A DNA stretch of 64,000 nt from Planktothrix sp. GU0601_MAG3. GTDB taxonomy: Bacteria; Cyanobacteriota; Cyanobacteriia; Cyanobacteriales; Microcoleaceae. Below the pieces are notes generated by a model. That model had not been told where the DNA came from and did no database searches. It worked only from the letters and a program-made list of their open reading frames with translations. Shown in pieces: positions 25,311 to 36,042 of the stretch. Each line of letters opens with the position of its first letter. Position 1 is the stretch's first letter. Location of the stretch: positions 704,001 through 768,000 of the forward strand of contig CP136572.1 in assembly GCA_035193785.1 (NCBI GenBank), read 5' to 3'. The translations under genes were made by a program, and so were the position numbers.

Positions 25311-25327
25311 ATTTTGACCGAATTAAT

Positions 25328-25928
25328 TTATAGATGGTGTTCTGGAAGGGAAAAACCTGAATTTTTTTCATCAGCCGCCTGTTTGATAGCCGGAACAAAT
25401 TCAGTCCCCTTTAACCGCATCCCAACTTCAAACAGAACTTCAGCCATATCATCCCGGGAGACTTTGACTTCCGTTAATAAAGAAAATCGACGTTTCTAGT
25501 TCTTCTAAGACTTGATTTTTCAGACTGCGAACTTCGTCCTGTAAATGATCACGGGTTTGTCCCAATTCTTCCCGCAAGGAATTGGTCTGACCATCTAATG
25601 CTTCATCTAACGCTTCAATACTACTGGAAAATTTACGATTCAGTCGATCAGCCTGTTGTCTTAAATCCGTTAACTCCTCCTGGGAATTTGAACTCAGGGT
25701 TTTGATTTTTTTGTCTAAATTCTCAACGACAGACTTGATTTCTGCGGTTAAAATAGTCTTGAGTTGTTCAACCCGATCCTGGGCATCTTCCTGTAATAGT
25801 GCCAAATCAGACTCGATCTTCTCAAACCTACTGTTATAGTCCCGCAGTTGCGACCCAAATATGATATCGCGAATTTGGTCAATATTGCCCAAGCGCTCTC
25901 GCATTTCTTCTTTCGTGATTTCAGCCAT
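25328..25928 (-). CDS. Coiled-coil hypothetical protein, first gene of the GTPase cluster; extra base at ~25493
   Basis: NIDQIRDIIFGSQLRDY..., heptad-rich; corrected C-terminus KVSRDDMAEVLFEVGMRLKG...PEHHL*. Confidence 0.8.
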
Positions 25929-26144
25929 TTTTACCTCCTGATCGATGCTCCTGGTCGGGTTGATTTGCCATGCAGGAATTATATTTCAGTTTTGCTTGCA
26001 AGTTCGGCATCTCGCCCTAAAACTATATCAAACATTAACCGAGATCACACTATAGCAGGGAATTAGGAATTAGCAACACACCCTATGGGAAATTCGTGGA
26101 TTTTCTAGCAGTATAACGGTTTTTGGGGCTCCAATAGTAACTTG

Positions 26145-26462
26145 TTAAACGGTGGGTTGTCAGAGATATTCGGAAAGATTAATCTTCCCCTGGCTGTTAA
26201 ATTCAATACCTTCTGATTCTAAGCGCGATCGCTGGAGATAATCTGTGCCTTTACACCATACTGAATGGGAGATTTCCCCTTTAGCATTAATCACTCGATG
26301 CCACGGAATATCGGTGGTTTATAAGGGAATTTTATATAAAGCATAACCAACTAAACGAGCCTTTTGACCCAGGTTAGCTAATTCCGCAATCTGCCCATAG
26401 GTAGCAACTTTTCCCCAAGGAACTTGATAGACAATTTGGTATATTTTATCATAAAGTGACAT
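26145..26462 (-). pseudogene. MGMT/ATL (YbaZ-like) alkyltransferase-like pseudogene
   Basis: MSLYDKIYQIVYQVPWGKVATYGQIA...ARLVGYAL...IPWHRVINAKGEIS with an in-frame TAA at 26319-26321 and a TGA at 26159-26161. Confidence 0.85.
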
Positions 26463-26509
26463 AATAAACAAGCTATAATTAATTTTAAAAAAGCATTAAT
26501 TACAGTTAA

Positions 26510-26630
26510 TTTCCCTATTCCCTGTTCCCTGTTCCCTGTTCCCTATTCCCTATTCCCTATTCCCTGTTCCCTATTCCCTATTCCCTGTTCCCTGTTCCCT
26601 GTTCCCTATTCCCTGTTCCCTGTTCCCTGT
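26510..26630. repeat. STRR array (TTCCCTG/TTCCCTA)n
   Basis: Tandem 7-mers overlapping the proB 3' end. Confidence 0.95.
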
Positions 26631-27753
26631 TATAGATAATGGAGAGGATACAACTAAATTATCACGATGAATCACCGTTTCTGCTCCGTCATAACCCAAA
26701 ATTTCAGGGATTTTATCCGAATGTAAACCTTTTATTTTTTGCAATTCTCCCTGACTATAATTAACTAATCCCCTGGCTATTTCTTGCCCATCTAAATTAC
26801 AAATTTGGACAGAATCCTGAAGATTAAATCCACCTTCAATTTTAGTAATTCCCGCCGCCAATAGGGATTTTCCTCCTTGGGAAATTGCCCGTACCGCCCC
26901 GGCATCTAAATATAGTTTTCCCGTAGGAACTAATACATTAGCAATCCAATGTTTTCGCGCATTAACGGGTCGAGTTTGGGGTTCAAATTGCGTGCCAATA
27001 GCTTCTCCTTGGAGAATTTTCTCTAAATTTTGGGGGTATTTTCCCTCCGTTATTACTGTTCTCACTCCCGATCCCGTGGCTATTCTGGCGGCTTCAATTT
27101 TAGTAATCATCCCCCCGGTTTCCCCACCCACTGCGAGACTCTCCCGTTTGGACTTGAAATTCTTCTAGTTGTTCCATATTAGTCACTAAACTAATCGGTT
27201 GGGCATTGGGATTTTCCCGAGGATCGGCGGAATATAATCGATCTACATCGGTTAATAAAAATAACCAATCTGCTTCCACTAAACTCGCCACCAAAGCCGA
27301 AAGTGTATCATTATCCCCAAATTTTAGTTCATCTACCGCCACGGTATCATTTTCATTAACAATCGGAATTACCCCTAATTTTAAAAGTTGTTGAAAGGTA
27401 TTATAAACATTCACATAACCATTGCGTTGAACTAAGTCTCCCCTGGTTAATAAAACTTGAGCAATGGGTTGTTTTAAGGTACTAAATAAATCATCATAAA
27501 CCCGCATCAAACGACCTTGACCGACAGCGGCTACGGCTTGTTTTAAAGCAATGGTGCGGGGACGTTCGGTTAACCCTAAGCGATCGCGTCCCACCCCCAC
27601 CGCCCCCGAAGATACTAAAACCACCCGATAACCATGTTTTTGCAGTCCGGTCAAGGTTTCTACTAATGTGGCTAAAGTTGATAGGGCTAAATGTCCAGTC
27701 GCCGACTGGGTTAAACTTGATGTACCAATTTTAACAACAATAGTTTGAGACAT
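26571..27753 (-). CDS. proB: Glutamate 5-kinase; extra base at ~27119
   Basis: [22 protein letters not shown]...[18 protein letters not shown] (corrected), PUA domain ending IHRDNL. Confidence 0.96.
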
Positions 27754-27891
27754 AATCAGTAATCAGTAATCAGTTATCAGTTATCAGTTGTAGGGATATT
27801 GCGGTTAACTAAGAGCTTAATTTTTTTTGAGTAAATTATGCTAGATCAGTATATCATTTATGCCAATATTATTAACTCTCAAACCAGGTAA

Positions 27892-28258
27892 ATGATTAAA
27901 TCTCGCTTGCTGCTTTTCCTCTCCCTCTTAACTACCTTAATTTCGCTTTCCTTGCCCGTTAAAGCTGACTCTACTAGCGATCTGCTGGGATCGTACAAAT
28001 GCGGTGAATTCAAAATTGAGGTGTGGAAAAACAAAAATTCTGGGCAACTGACCTATCGTTTCCACAAGTTCCGCCGGAAACCTTACCCTAACAGGAGGGA
28101 AACAACAAAATACAGAGGGAGTGCGCGTTTATAAATTCCGCAGTGGCAATAATGAATACTGGTTATGGCAAGGGACTATTGATAATCCCGATGCGGGGAC
28201 TCTGGAGGTTTACAAAAACGGTCGTCAAGTGATGCAGCGGAGTTGTTCCCAAGCTTAG
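27892..28258 (+). CDS. Small secreted hypothetical protein; extra T at ~28059
   Basis: Signal peptide ending PVKA; corrected frame continues GVRVYKFRSGNNEYWLWQGTIDNPDAGTLEVYKNG...SCSQA*. Confidence 0.7.
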
Positions 28259-28438
28259 GGTACTCAGGGATCTCAAGGCAAAAAATCGTTTGATGATGAC
28301 CCGTGCTTGTCTGGCTCAAGGGGTTTTATCGTTCTACTTCTTGAGTTTGACAGGCCGTCTTTTGACAAAACTAATATTGAGGTCAAAAAATTAATATCGA
28401 ATCATATTCAAACCGATTTTTTACCTAACTGAAATTCA

Positions 28439-28924
28439 ATGAATTGCCAATTTAAGCCTAAAAAAAAACAGACTATTGTGATCGGGTTTTCCCTCCTTTT
28501 GGGGACAGTTTTTAGCAGTTTTACAGGATTGGGTCTATCGTCTGTTGAAGCCCATGAACAACAACATGAGACATCTTCCCCTCACCATAAAATGATCTCG
28601 ATTCCCCCTGGTCAACCCATACCATCGGTGGATTTAGTTGTCCATCCCGATGCCCGTCAGGGATGGAATTTAGAGTTGAAATTGACTAATTTTAAATTTA
28701 CACCAGGAAAAGCCAATCAACCCAGCGACTCCTATCAAGAAGGACACGCTCACCTTTATATTAATGGGAAGAAAGTCACCCGAATTTATGGAAACTGGTA
28801 CTATCTTGCAGAACTACCACCAGGGAGTTATGAAGTTCGGGTGAGTTTAAACGGAAATGGCCATGAAACACTCATGGTTGAGAACCAAGAGATCGGGGAT
28901 ACAGAAATCATTGAAGTCAAGTAA
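28439..28924 (+). CDS. Secreted His-rich hypothetical protein, possibly metal-binding
   Basis: Signal/TM segment, AHEQQHETSSPHH, EGHAHLYING motif. Confidence 0.75.
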   Translation: MNCQFKPKKKQTIVIGFSLLLGTVFSSFTGLGLSSVEAHEQQHETSSPHHKMISIPPGQPIPSVDLVVHPDARQGWNLELKLTNFKFTPGKANQPSDSYQEGHAHLYINGKKVTRIYGNWYYLAELPPGSYEVRVSLNGNGHETLMVENQEIGDTEIIEVK

Positions 28925-28962
28925 TGGGTAGTGGGTAATGGGTAATGGGTAATGGGTAATGG
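28921..28962. repeat. STRR array (GTAATGG)n
   Basis: About 6 tandem 7-mers. Confidence 0.85.
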
Positions 28963-29106
28963 GGTTTTGGATTTTTGACGAATTTAAAATTAAAGGTGTA
29001 TTCAAACAATAAACTCTACCCATTACCTGTTATAACGACCCAAATAATCAGATTCTGGTTGAGGGTTAGCAATTAACTGTTAACCCTCAAAATCCCATAG
29101 CTGTTC

Positions 29107-31383
29107 TTAGTCCGTTAAAGCCGAAGACCGACGGCGACGGCGACGAATAATCGGTTCACCCGGTTGATGATCTGTATCTGATTCTGAGCCATCCTCCGAT
29201 GGTGACTCCTCCTCAGTTTGCGGTACAAAAAATTCTATTGTTGGTTCAGGTTCGGCAATTTTTTCTAGGGTTTCTGGTATTTTTGGCGTTTCCGTTATTT
29301 CTGTTATTTCTGGTATTTCTGGTATTGCCGGTATTTCGGGTTTTTTGGGTTCGAGAATAATCCGTTCAGAAATTGACCGTTCGGGAACAATGCGCTCAGA
29401 AATAACCAGAGGTGGACTTGTCCGCTCGGTCATGCTTCGGTCGAGAATAATCCGTTCAGAAATTGACCGTTCGGGCATCGTTTTTTCCCCCGACCCAATC
29501 GACAACGGCAGGTTTTGTCCTTCGTCGGAGTCTTCATCCATCAGAGTCGTGGGAGAAACCGGGGCTTCCCCGGGAGAGCGAACCGTGACAATTACAGAGC
29601 GAGAATTTTTCACCTGTTCATGGGATAACATTAACGGAGAAATCCCCATCAAAGCATAAACTTCCTGTTCCTCTGGAGTCATTTCCACCGAAATCACCTC
29701 GGTCGGTTCCGCCGAAGGTTTAATAATTTCGGATTTCGTGGGGCGACTGCGTTCACTCAATCCACCTCGTCCTGAGAACCCTTCACTAAATCCCACATCC
29801 GGGCGAGGTTCACCATATTTAACCGTCGGAGACACCCGAACACCAGTGGCGGGGAGTTCTTCCTCTCGCCCTAAAGAATCCATATCCCGAATTCGACGGC
29901 GACGGCGACGGGCATTGCTGGCGCCAATATCCTGATAACTGGGATGGTTGAGCAGTTCTAACTCCTGGAAACCATCGGACGCCTCAAAATCTACAACTTC
30001 CGGTTCCTCGCGGGCAGAGGGCTGTTCATAAACTGGAACTGGACGTAAACTGGGCCGTTCTGAGGTGTCCCCACTGCTCGGCGGTGTAATAATCCGATTG
30101 CTGGGAATAACGACTCGTTCCGGGGTTTCTGCGGGTTCGGGTTCCGGTTCTCCGGGTAACTGAACGATATGGCCTAGGCCTCCACAGGTGGCACAGGTTT
30201 TGCCAAACAACTCATAGATATTTTGGCCCTGGCGTTTGCGGGTTAATTCCACTAACCCTAATTCTGATAATTGGGCAATTTGGGGTCGGGCTTTATCGGC
30301 CTTCAGGACTTTATTAAAATGTTCGAGCACTTGTAATTGGTCGCGGCGGGAATCCATATCAATGAAGTCCACAATAATCACCCCAGCAATATTGCGTAAC
30401 CTCAACTGACGGGCGATTTCGGTGGCGGCTTCGCAATTTGTCCATAACACCGTTTCCCGGGAGGTGGCCGAACGGGTAAAGGAGCCGGAGTTGACATCAA
30501 TCACCGTCAGGGCTTCCGTTGGTTCAATCACAACATAACCGCCCGAAGGTAAATCTACCCTGGGTCTTAAGGCTTCTCGAATGGCTGCATTGGCTCGGAA
30601 ATACTCTAAAATCGGAATTCGTTCCCTGTGGTGGTCAATTAACACCCCTTGGGGAGCTTTCCCCACACTCCAACTCATCAAGTGTTGTTTAACCCGCTTC
30701 ACCCCCGTACTGGTATCGACCACAATTCGGTTCACTTCGGTGCTGTACATATCCCGGAGCACCCGTTGAATAAAATCATTATCTCGATTTAACAAGGCTG
30801 GAGGACGGGAAGATTGGGCCTCCTGTTGCACCAATTCCCATTGCTTTTGTAGGCTTTCCAAATCTTCTAAAATGGCATCCTCGGGCATATCTTCCGCTTC
30901 TGTGCGGACTAATAATCCCATGCCGGCGGGTTTAATTAGAATAGCTAAGGCCCTTAAACGGTTCCTTTCCGTTTCTGAACGAATGCGACGGGATAAATTC
31001 ACCCCTCTGCCATAGGGCATTAAAACCAAATACCGTCCGGGTAAGGAAATATTTCCGGTCAATCGAGGGCCCTTGGTGCCGGTGGGTTCTTTCATCACCT
31101 GCACCAGCACTTTTTGCTGGGGACTTAATAGTTCGGTAATCGAACCGGAACTGCGTTTTAATCTTAATGGCCCGAGGTCAGAAACATGGATAAATCCATT
31201 CCGTTCCGGGTCTCCAATATTGACAAAGGCCGCATCAATCCCTGGTAGGACATTTTCCACGATACCCAGATAAATATCACTAACTTGGTGATTTCCGGTC
31301 GCTACAACCAGTTCTTGAATTTGATCTTCTGAAAAGACAGCAGCGATTCGTTGCTGTTCTGCGATAATAATTTGCTTTGACAT
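29107..31383 (-). CDS. rne: Ribonuclease E
   Basis: S1 domain (LPGIDAAFVNIG), EALTVIDVNSG, DFIDM, CATCGG Zn-link, C-terminal RRRRRRSSA motif. Confidence 0.97.
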   Translation of the reverse strand: MSKQIIIAEQQRIAAVFSEDQIQELVVATGNHQVSDIYLGIVENVLPGIDAAFVNIGDPERNGFIHVSDLGPLRLKRSSGSITELLSPQQKVLVQVMKEPTGTKGPRLTGNISLPGRYLVLMPYGRGVNLSRRIRSETERNRLRALAILIKPAGMGLLVRTEAEDMPEDAILEDLESLQKQWELVQQEAQSSRPPALLNRDNDFIQRVLRDMYSTEVNRIVVDTSTGVKRVKQHLMSWSVGKAPQGVLIDHHRERIPILEYFRANAAIREALRPRVDLPSGGYVVIEPTEALTVIDVNSGSFTRSATSRETVLWTNCEAATEIARQLRLRNIAGVIIVDFIDMDSRRDQLQVLEHFNKVLKADKARPQIAQLSELGLVELTRKRQGQNIYELFGKTCATCGGLGHIVQLPGEPEPEPAETPERVVIPSNRIITPPSSGDTSERPSLRPVPVYEQPSAREEPEVVDFEASDGFQELELLNHPSYQDIGASNARRRRRRIRDMDSLGREEELPATGVRVSPTVKYGEPRPDVGFSEGFSGRGGLSERSRPTKSEIIKPSAEPTEVISVEMTPEEQEVYALMGISPLMLSHEQVKNSRSVIVTVRSPGEAPVSPTTLMDEDSDEGQNLPLSIGSGEKTMPERSISERIILDRSMTERTSPPLVISERIVPERSISERIILEPKKPEIPAIPEIPEITEITETPKIPETLEKIAEPEPTIEFFVPQTEEESPSEDGSESDTDHQPGEPIIRRRRRRSSALTD

Positions 31384-32040
31384 TCAATTCCCTCAAAACT
31401 TAGCAATATTGAAAGCACCTACGTTGCGTGTACCTGGCAATATTGACGTGATTAATTAATCCATTAACTCGAATTTTCGCCGACTAGGAAGACACCAAAG
31501 ACACAGAAGTCAACGGGCAAACCGCAAGAGGGAATCAGGTTTTGATTGTTTAAAATCAACGGTTAACAAACACTCAAATTTAACATCCAAAATCCATCAA
31601 CTGTAAGCCTTCAACGGTTATGGAAAAATGAAATTATGGAGGTTATTTGTTATCCATCTGCCTTCATCATGATTCTATCTGGTGCAATACTTGGGTTTAA
31701 CAGGGGTTGACCTCTTGACTAACTCACCAATATAGTATCCGTATCTACGAAAATCTTGGAGACTACAGTTTAGATCGCACATTCTAAACTAGATGATCTC
31801 TCCTGCCACTCCCTTCAATGGACTTAAATCTAGCCATGGAAGTGTGTTTCTTTCCTTATGGTATCAAGACAGATGCCAAACAAAGTTTTTTTCGCTACCT
31901 TCTTAGGTGTGATTTTCAGCAACATTAGGGCTTGGTGGATTTTCCAACCGCCTGATCAACAGGTGCGCTACCAGTTGAGAGCTTACATTGACCTTAAGGT
32001 ATGGTGTGAGCTTCCAATTCAATTAAGTTTATTCTAGCTT
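31384..32040 (-). promoter_or_regulatory. Probable long structured rne 5' UTR with promoter
   Basis: About 650 bp with no ORF in the track; TAGAAT -10-like box at ~32033-32038; several hairpins; long rne leaders are known in cyanobacteria. Confidence 0.5.
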
Positions 32041-32114
32041 TGGCGAACCTGCAATCAATCTTTGATTATGATCACCCTAGCTGAGTACAGCGCGGAGAGC
32101 AATATTGTCGGTTT

Positions 32115-32311
32115 TTGACACTCCACCGCCCAAAGGCTAGTAGATTCTTGGTTCACCGAGACTGCTGGCTTTGATAAAATCACTTCTATCAAAGCATCGG
32201 CATCCCCTCCCCAATCTTGGGATTCCGTATTCCCTACGGCACTTAATCCTTGATCCGAGGGAATCCGCCCACTATGCTACAAAACTTAGCTTACTGGATC
32301 ATATTATAACA
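32115..32311 (-). mobile_element. Non-autonomous IS200/IS605-type remnant: tnpB 3' tail / omega-RNA region and right end
   Basis: Minus strand GGATTAAGTGCCGTAGGGAATACGG...GTGAACCAAGAATCTACTAGCCTTTGGGCGGTGGAGTGTCAA resembles cyanobacterial tnpB right ends. Confidence 0.6.
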
Positions 32312-32350
32312 CTTGGCAAATACAGATTATCCCTCCTTGATGGAAGTTTT

Positions 32351-35004
32351 TTAGGGTTGAGTTGAAAGTTGTTGGCGGTGGATGTGTAATAACTGGAACT
32401 CTTGCTGAGTCACCTGTTCTAACATCTTAATCATTAGTTTCTGGCCGTAGTTGTGTCCCGTCATTCCGACAACTCCCCAGATATCGCAACAATTGATCTT
32501 TCTCGGAAATCATCTCCAGTTCAAATAATTGTTCTCGCAAGTTGATGATGTTTTTCTTTCCTGATTTTGTGGTTTTCTCCCATAAAATTTCCGATGTGGC
32601 TTTAACTGCATTAATCCAATTTAACCATTCGGGGATGGCGTCTATTTCTCCTATCCAATTTACGGTTAAATAATATTCTGATTTTACCACCGCATCCGTG
32701 AGGGAGGGTAGGTCTATGGGTACTTCTTGAATTTCATATAGAGGAATAGTATCAGGTAAACCCTGGGATAATTTTTGGCGAAATTCCTCTATATTCATGG
32801 ATTCTGTTAATTCAAAATCCACAATTTCTCCGCTACTTGTTGCTCCTAATGGTAAGGCAAAAGCAATGGAAATTCGCGGATTTGGATGGTATCCCCCCGT
32901 AAAAGCTAAGGGAATTGAAGCCCGACGAATTGCCCGATCAAATAGTCTGAATAAATCCAAATGTCCGACTAAAGCCATATCTCCTAATTTTCCAAATCCC
33001 ACTCTTAACCGTTGGACTCGTTGCGAATTAGGAATAAATTCTCCAGAAAATTGCGGAATTGGGGGTGATTTAATCACAATATTATGACCAAAATCCGTGC
33101 CACAAACTCCACAATGGGAACAACTTTCAAAGGAACAATCGGGGACTGTCGCCGCTTCTAATGCTCGTTTTAAGTCTTCTTTGAGCCAATTTTTATCAAT
33201 TCCACTATCAATATGATCCCAGGGTAAGGGCTGATCTAATAATACCCCATAATCCTGTTCTTGACTGTTCCCTATTCCCTGTTCCCCGTTCCCTGTTCCC
33301 TCTATCCAATTCCATTCCCCGCTTTCCACCCGACGATATTTCCAACTTAAACCCGCTTCTTCGATCGCCTGTGTCCAAGCGCCAAAAGCCCGATCCAAAC
33401 TTTCCCACCAGGAGTCCATTCCCGCCCCAAGTTCCCAAGCCCGACGCACCACTGGCCCTAAAAGGCGATCGCCTCGACCAACAAAATCCTCCATGGCCGA
33501 TATTCTGACATCGGTAAAGTTAACCTTTACCCCGCGCATTTGGCGGAATTCTTGTTTTAATAATTTTTGTTTGCGTTGGAATTCGGTGGTGGAAACTGAA
33601 TGCCATTGAAAGGGAGTATGGGGTTTGGGTGTAAAGTTAGAAATAGTTAAATTAAAGTTTAATGTTCTCCGATCTTTTGCAGAACATTCTCGTTTTAACC
33701 ATGCAACAGTTTCGGCAATTCCTAATACATCGGCATCGGTTTCTCCGGGTAAACCAATCATAAAATAGAGTTTAATTTTATCCCAGCCCTGTTCAAAGGC
33801 GGTTTTAACTCCCTTTAATAATTCCTCATTGGTTAACCCTTTATTAATAATATCTCGCATTCTTTGAGTTCCCGCTTCTGGGGCAAAAGTTAACCCACTT
33901 TGTCGTGCTCCCCCTAGAATATTGGCAATATTTTCATCAAAGCGATCAACCCGTTGACTGGGTAAAGATAAACTGACATTATAATCTTTCAGACGATTTT
34001 TTATTTCCATTCCCACCGAGGGTAAGGATAAATAATCGGAACAACTCAAAGATAATAGGGAAAATTCATTATAACCCGTTTCTTTCATCCCCTTTTCAAC
34101 AGCCTGAATCACATCTTCCGGTTCCACATCTCGCGCCGGACGGGTTAACATTCCCGGTTGACAAAACCGACAGCCCCGGGTACAACCCCGTCTAACTTCA
34201 ATTACTAACCGATCATGAACTGTTTGGACATAGGGGACAAATTTAATCGAATAGGCGGGCATTGGTGCGGCTACCCGTCTTAAAATTTGGGCGGGAACAT
34301 CAGGATGTTTGGGATGAACAGAAACCATCTTCCGCCATCTGATAAAATTGGGGAACATAAACCCCCGGAATTTGGGCTAAATCTAGTAATACGGCTTTTC
34401 TATCTAAGTTTTTTTTCTTGCATTCTTCTAAAATTAATCCAATTTCGGGTAATAATTCTTCGCCATCTCCTAAAGCGATAAAATCAAAAAAATCCGAGTA
34501 GGGTTCGGGGTTAGATGTGGCCGTTTGTCCCCCGGCAAAAATCAAGGGATAATGGGGTTGATCGGAATTTTCAGCATCACCCCAAACCGAATAATTTTGT
34601 CGGTCTTCCCAAGTTAAGGGAATTTCAGCTAAATCTAACATTTCTAAGATATTTGTTGCCCCTAATTCGTAGCTGAGGCTAAATCCTAAAATATCAAAAT
34701 CTATTAAAAAATGACGGGACTCCACACCAAATAGGGGGGTTTTGGTATCCCGCAATTTTTTTGCCAAGTCCGGGGCGGGGAGATAGGCGCGATCGCATAA
34801 TTGCCGAGGTTGGGTGTTTAAAATATTATAGAGAATCACATGGCCAAGGTTGGAGACTCCTACCTCGTAAACTTCAGGATAAGTTAACGACCAACGGACA
34901 ACGGCGGACTCCCAAGGTTTGCGTTTCGCCCCCAACTCCTGACCCAGATAACGGGCGGGTTGATGAATTTCTGGTGTAATTAGTTTCTCTACTGCGACAT
35001 TCAA
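32351..35004 (-). CDS. TIGR03960 B12-binding radical SAM protein fused to a TIGR03936/DUF2344 domain; extra bases at ~34322 and ~32438
   Basis: PARYLGQE, YPEVYEVG, CTRGCRFC, GLTFAPEAG, GHLDLFR...FTGGYHPNPR; typical neighbour of rne. Confidence 0.92.
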
Positions 35005-35326
35005 GGCGAACCTCACCCTATTAATAACGACACTATATTTAAGATTACCATTAATGTTGCCATTGTGTTGACTATAGCAGTACCGTCTGATCAAATATTT
35101 GAGGGCGAAACCTAAAAAACAATTGATTTTTTAAATAACTTTTGGGTAAAATGTATTAAAACATACTAAAAATCTACCATAAGGCAGATGAATTTGGGAC
35201 TGAATAAATGTTATTAATGTTCCCATATATTAGGTGATAAGGATCACTTCCAATAAAAGGATATGATCACAAGTAAAAATCACCATTTATAAGATGATAA
35301 GAATAAGTGAGTTATCCGTACCTACC

Positions 35327-35524
35327 ATGTCAGCAACGACGAATATGATTCGTAAACTGGTTGAAAAAGCTCTCTATTTCCGATGTCTGACTCCTGAAAT
35401 TGAAAATGGGATTAATACAGAATTAACCCGACTGGGTTATGTTTCGGACGTCGATTATGAAGCCTTAGAATTATTAATGGAAGAAATGGATGCTGGGCGC
35501 ATTCGTTTGGTGTCTAGCTGTTAA
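35327..35524 (+). CDS. Small cyanobacterial hypothetical protein
   Basis: IRKLVEKAL...LTPEIENGI...DYEALELLMEEMDAGRI. Confidence 0.65.
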   Translation: MSATTNMIRKLVEKALYFRCLTPEIENGINTELTRLGYVSDVDYEALELLMEEMDAGRIRLVSSC

Positions 35525-35577
35525 TGGGTATAAATTTGAAAACCTAGATATTTAAAAATAAATAGGGTTTTGTATTT

Positions 35578-35997
35578 CTATCCATTAGACCCAAGAACAT
35601 TAGCAGAAGCTCGCCAAACTTGACCAATAAAGTCTTGCAAGTGTTGGTGAGCAGAACAGATATTTACCCGTTTAACTCCAGGAAAATTGGCTTCTGGAGA
35701 CTCTAACTGGGCTAGAAAAGTAATAACTTCCGTATCCAAAGCCGCCCTAAATAAATGTGTTGGCCAAATTAAATCCGGGCTTTGGCGTAAATCAGATAAA
35801 ATAAAGGTTTCTGGGGTAAAACCAAAACTCGAAAAATTGTCTTCCGAATAATCAGATAACCCTTCAATTAACATTAAAGGTCTTACCCAGCAGACATTCC
35901 TAACTTCGACAACTTGAATGACTTCTGCATACAAACAACTGTTGTCATGATTTAATCCCACAATTTGACCGGGCTTAAAATTCAAGCTAGAGTCCAT
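35578..35997 (-). CDS. Hypothetical protein
   Basis: 139-aa ORF, FKPGQIV...LYAEVIQVV...CWVRPL...DLIWP. Confidence 0.7.
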   Translation of the reverse strand: MDSSLNFKPGQIVGLNHDNSCLYAEVIQVVEVRNVCWVRPLMLIEGLSDYSEDNFSSFGFTPETFILSDLRQSPDLIWPTHLFRAALDTEVITFLAQLESPEANFPGVKRVNICSAHQHLQDFIGQVWRASANVLGSNG

Positions 35998-36042
35998 TCT
36001 GCTTCACAGCTTATTAATTAAAAGTATTTAGAATTATAACAC

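Noticed and set aside
32095..32114. In-window targets for the putative omega-RNA guide (CAATATTGCTCT at ~200 and ~2439; AAACCGACA at ~34164)
   Set aside because: Matches are only 9-13 nt and mostly miss the guide 5' end; compatible with chance
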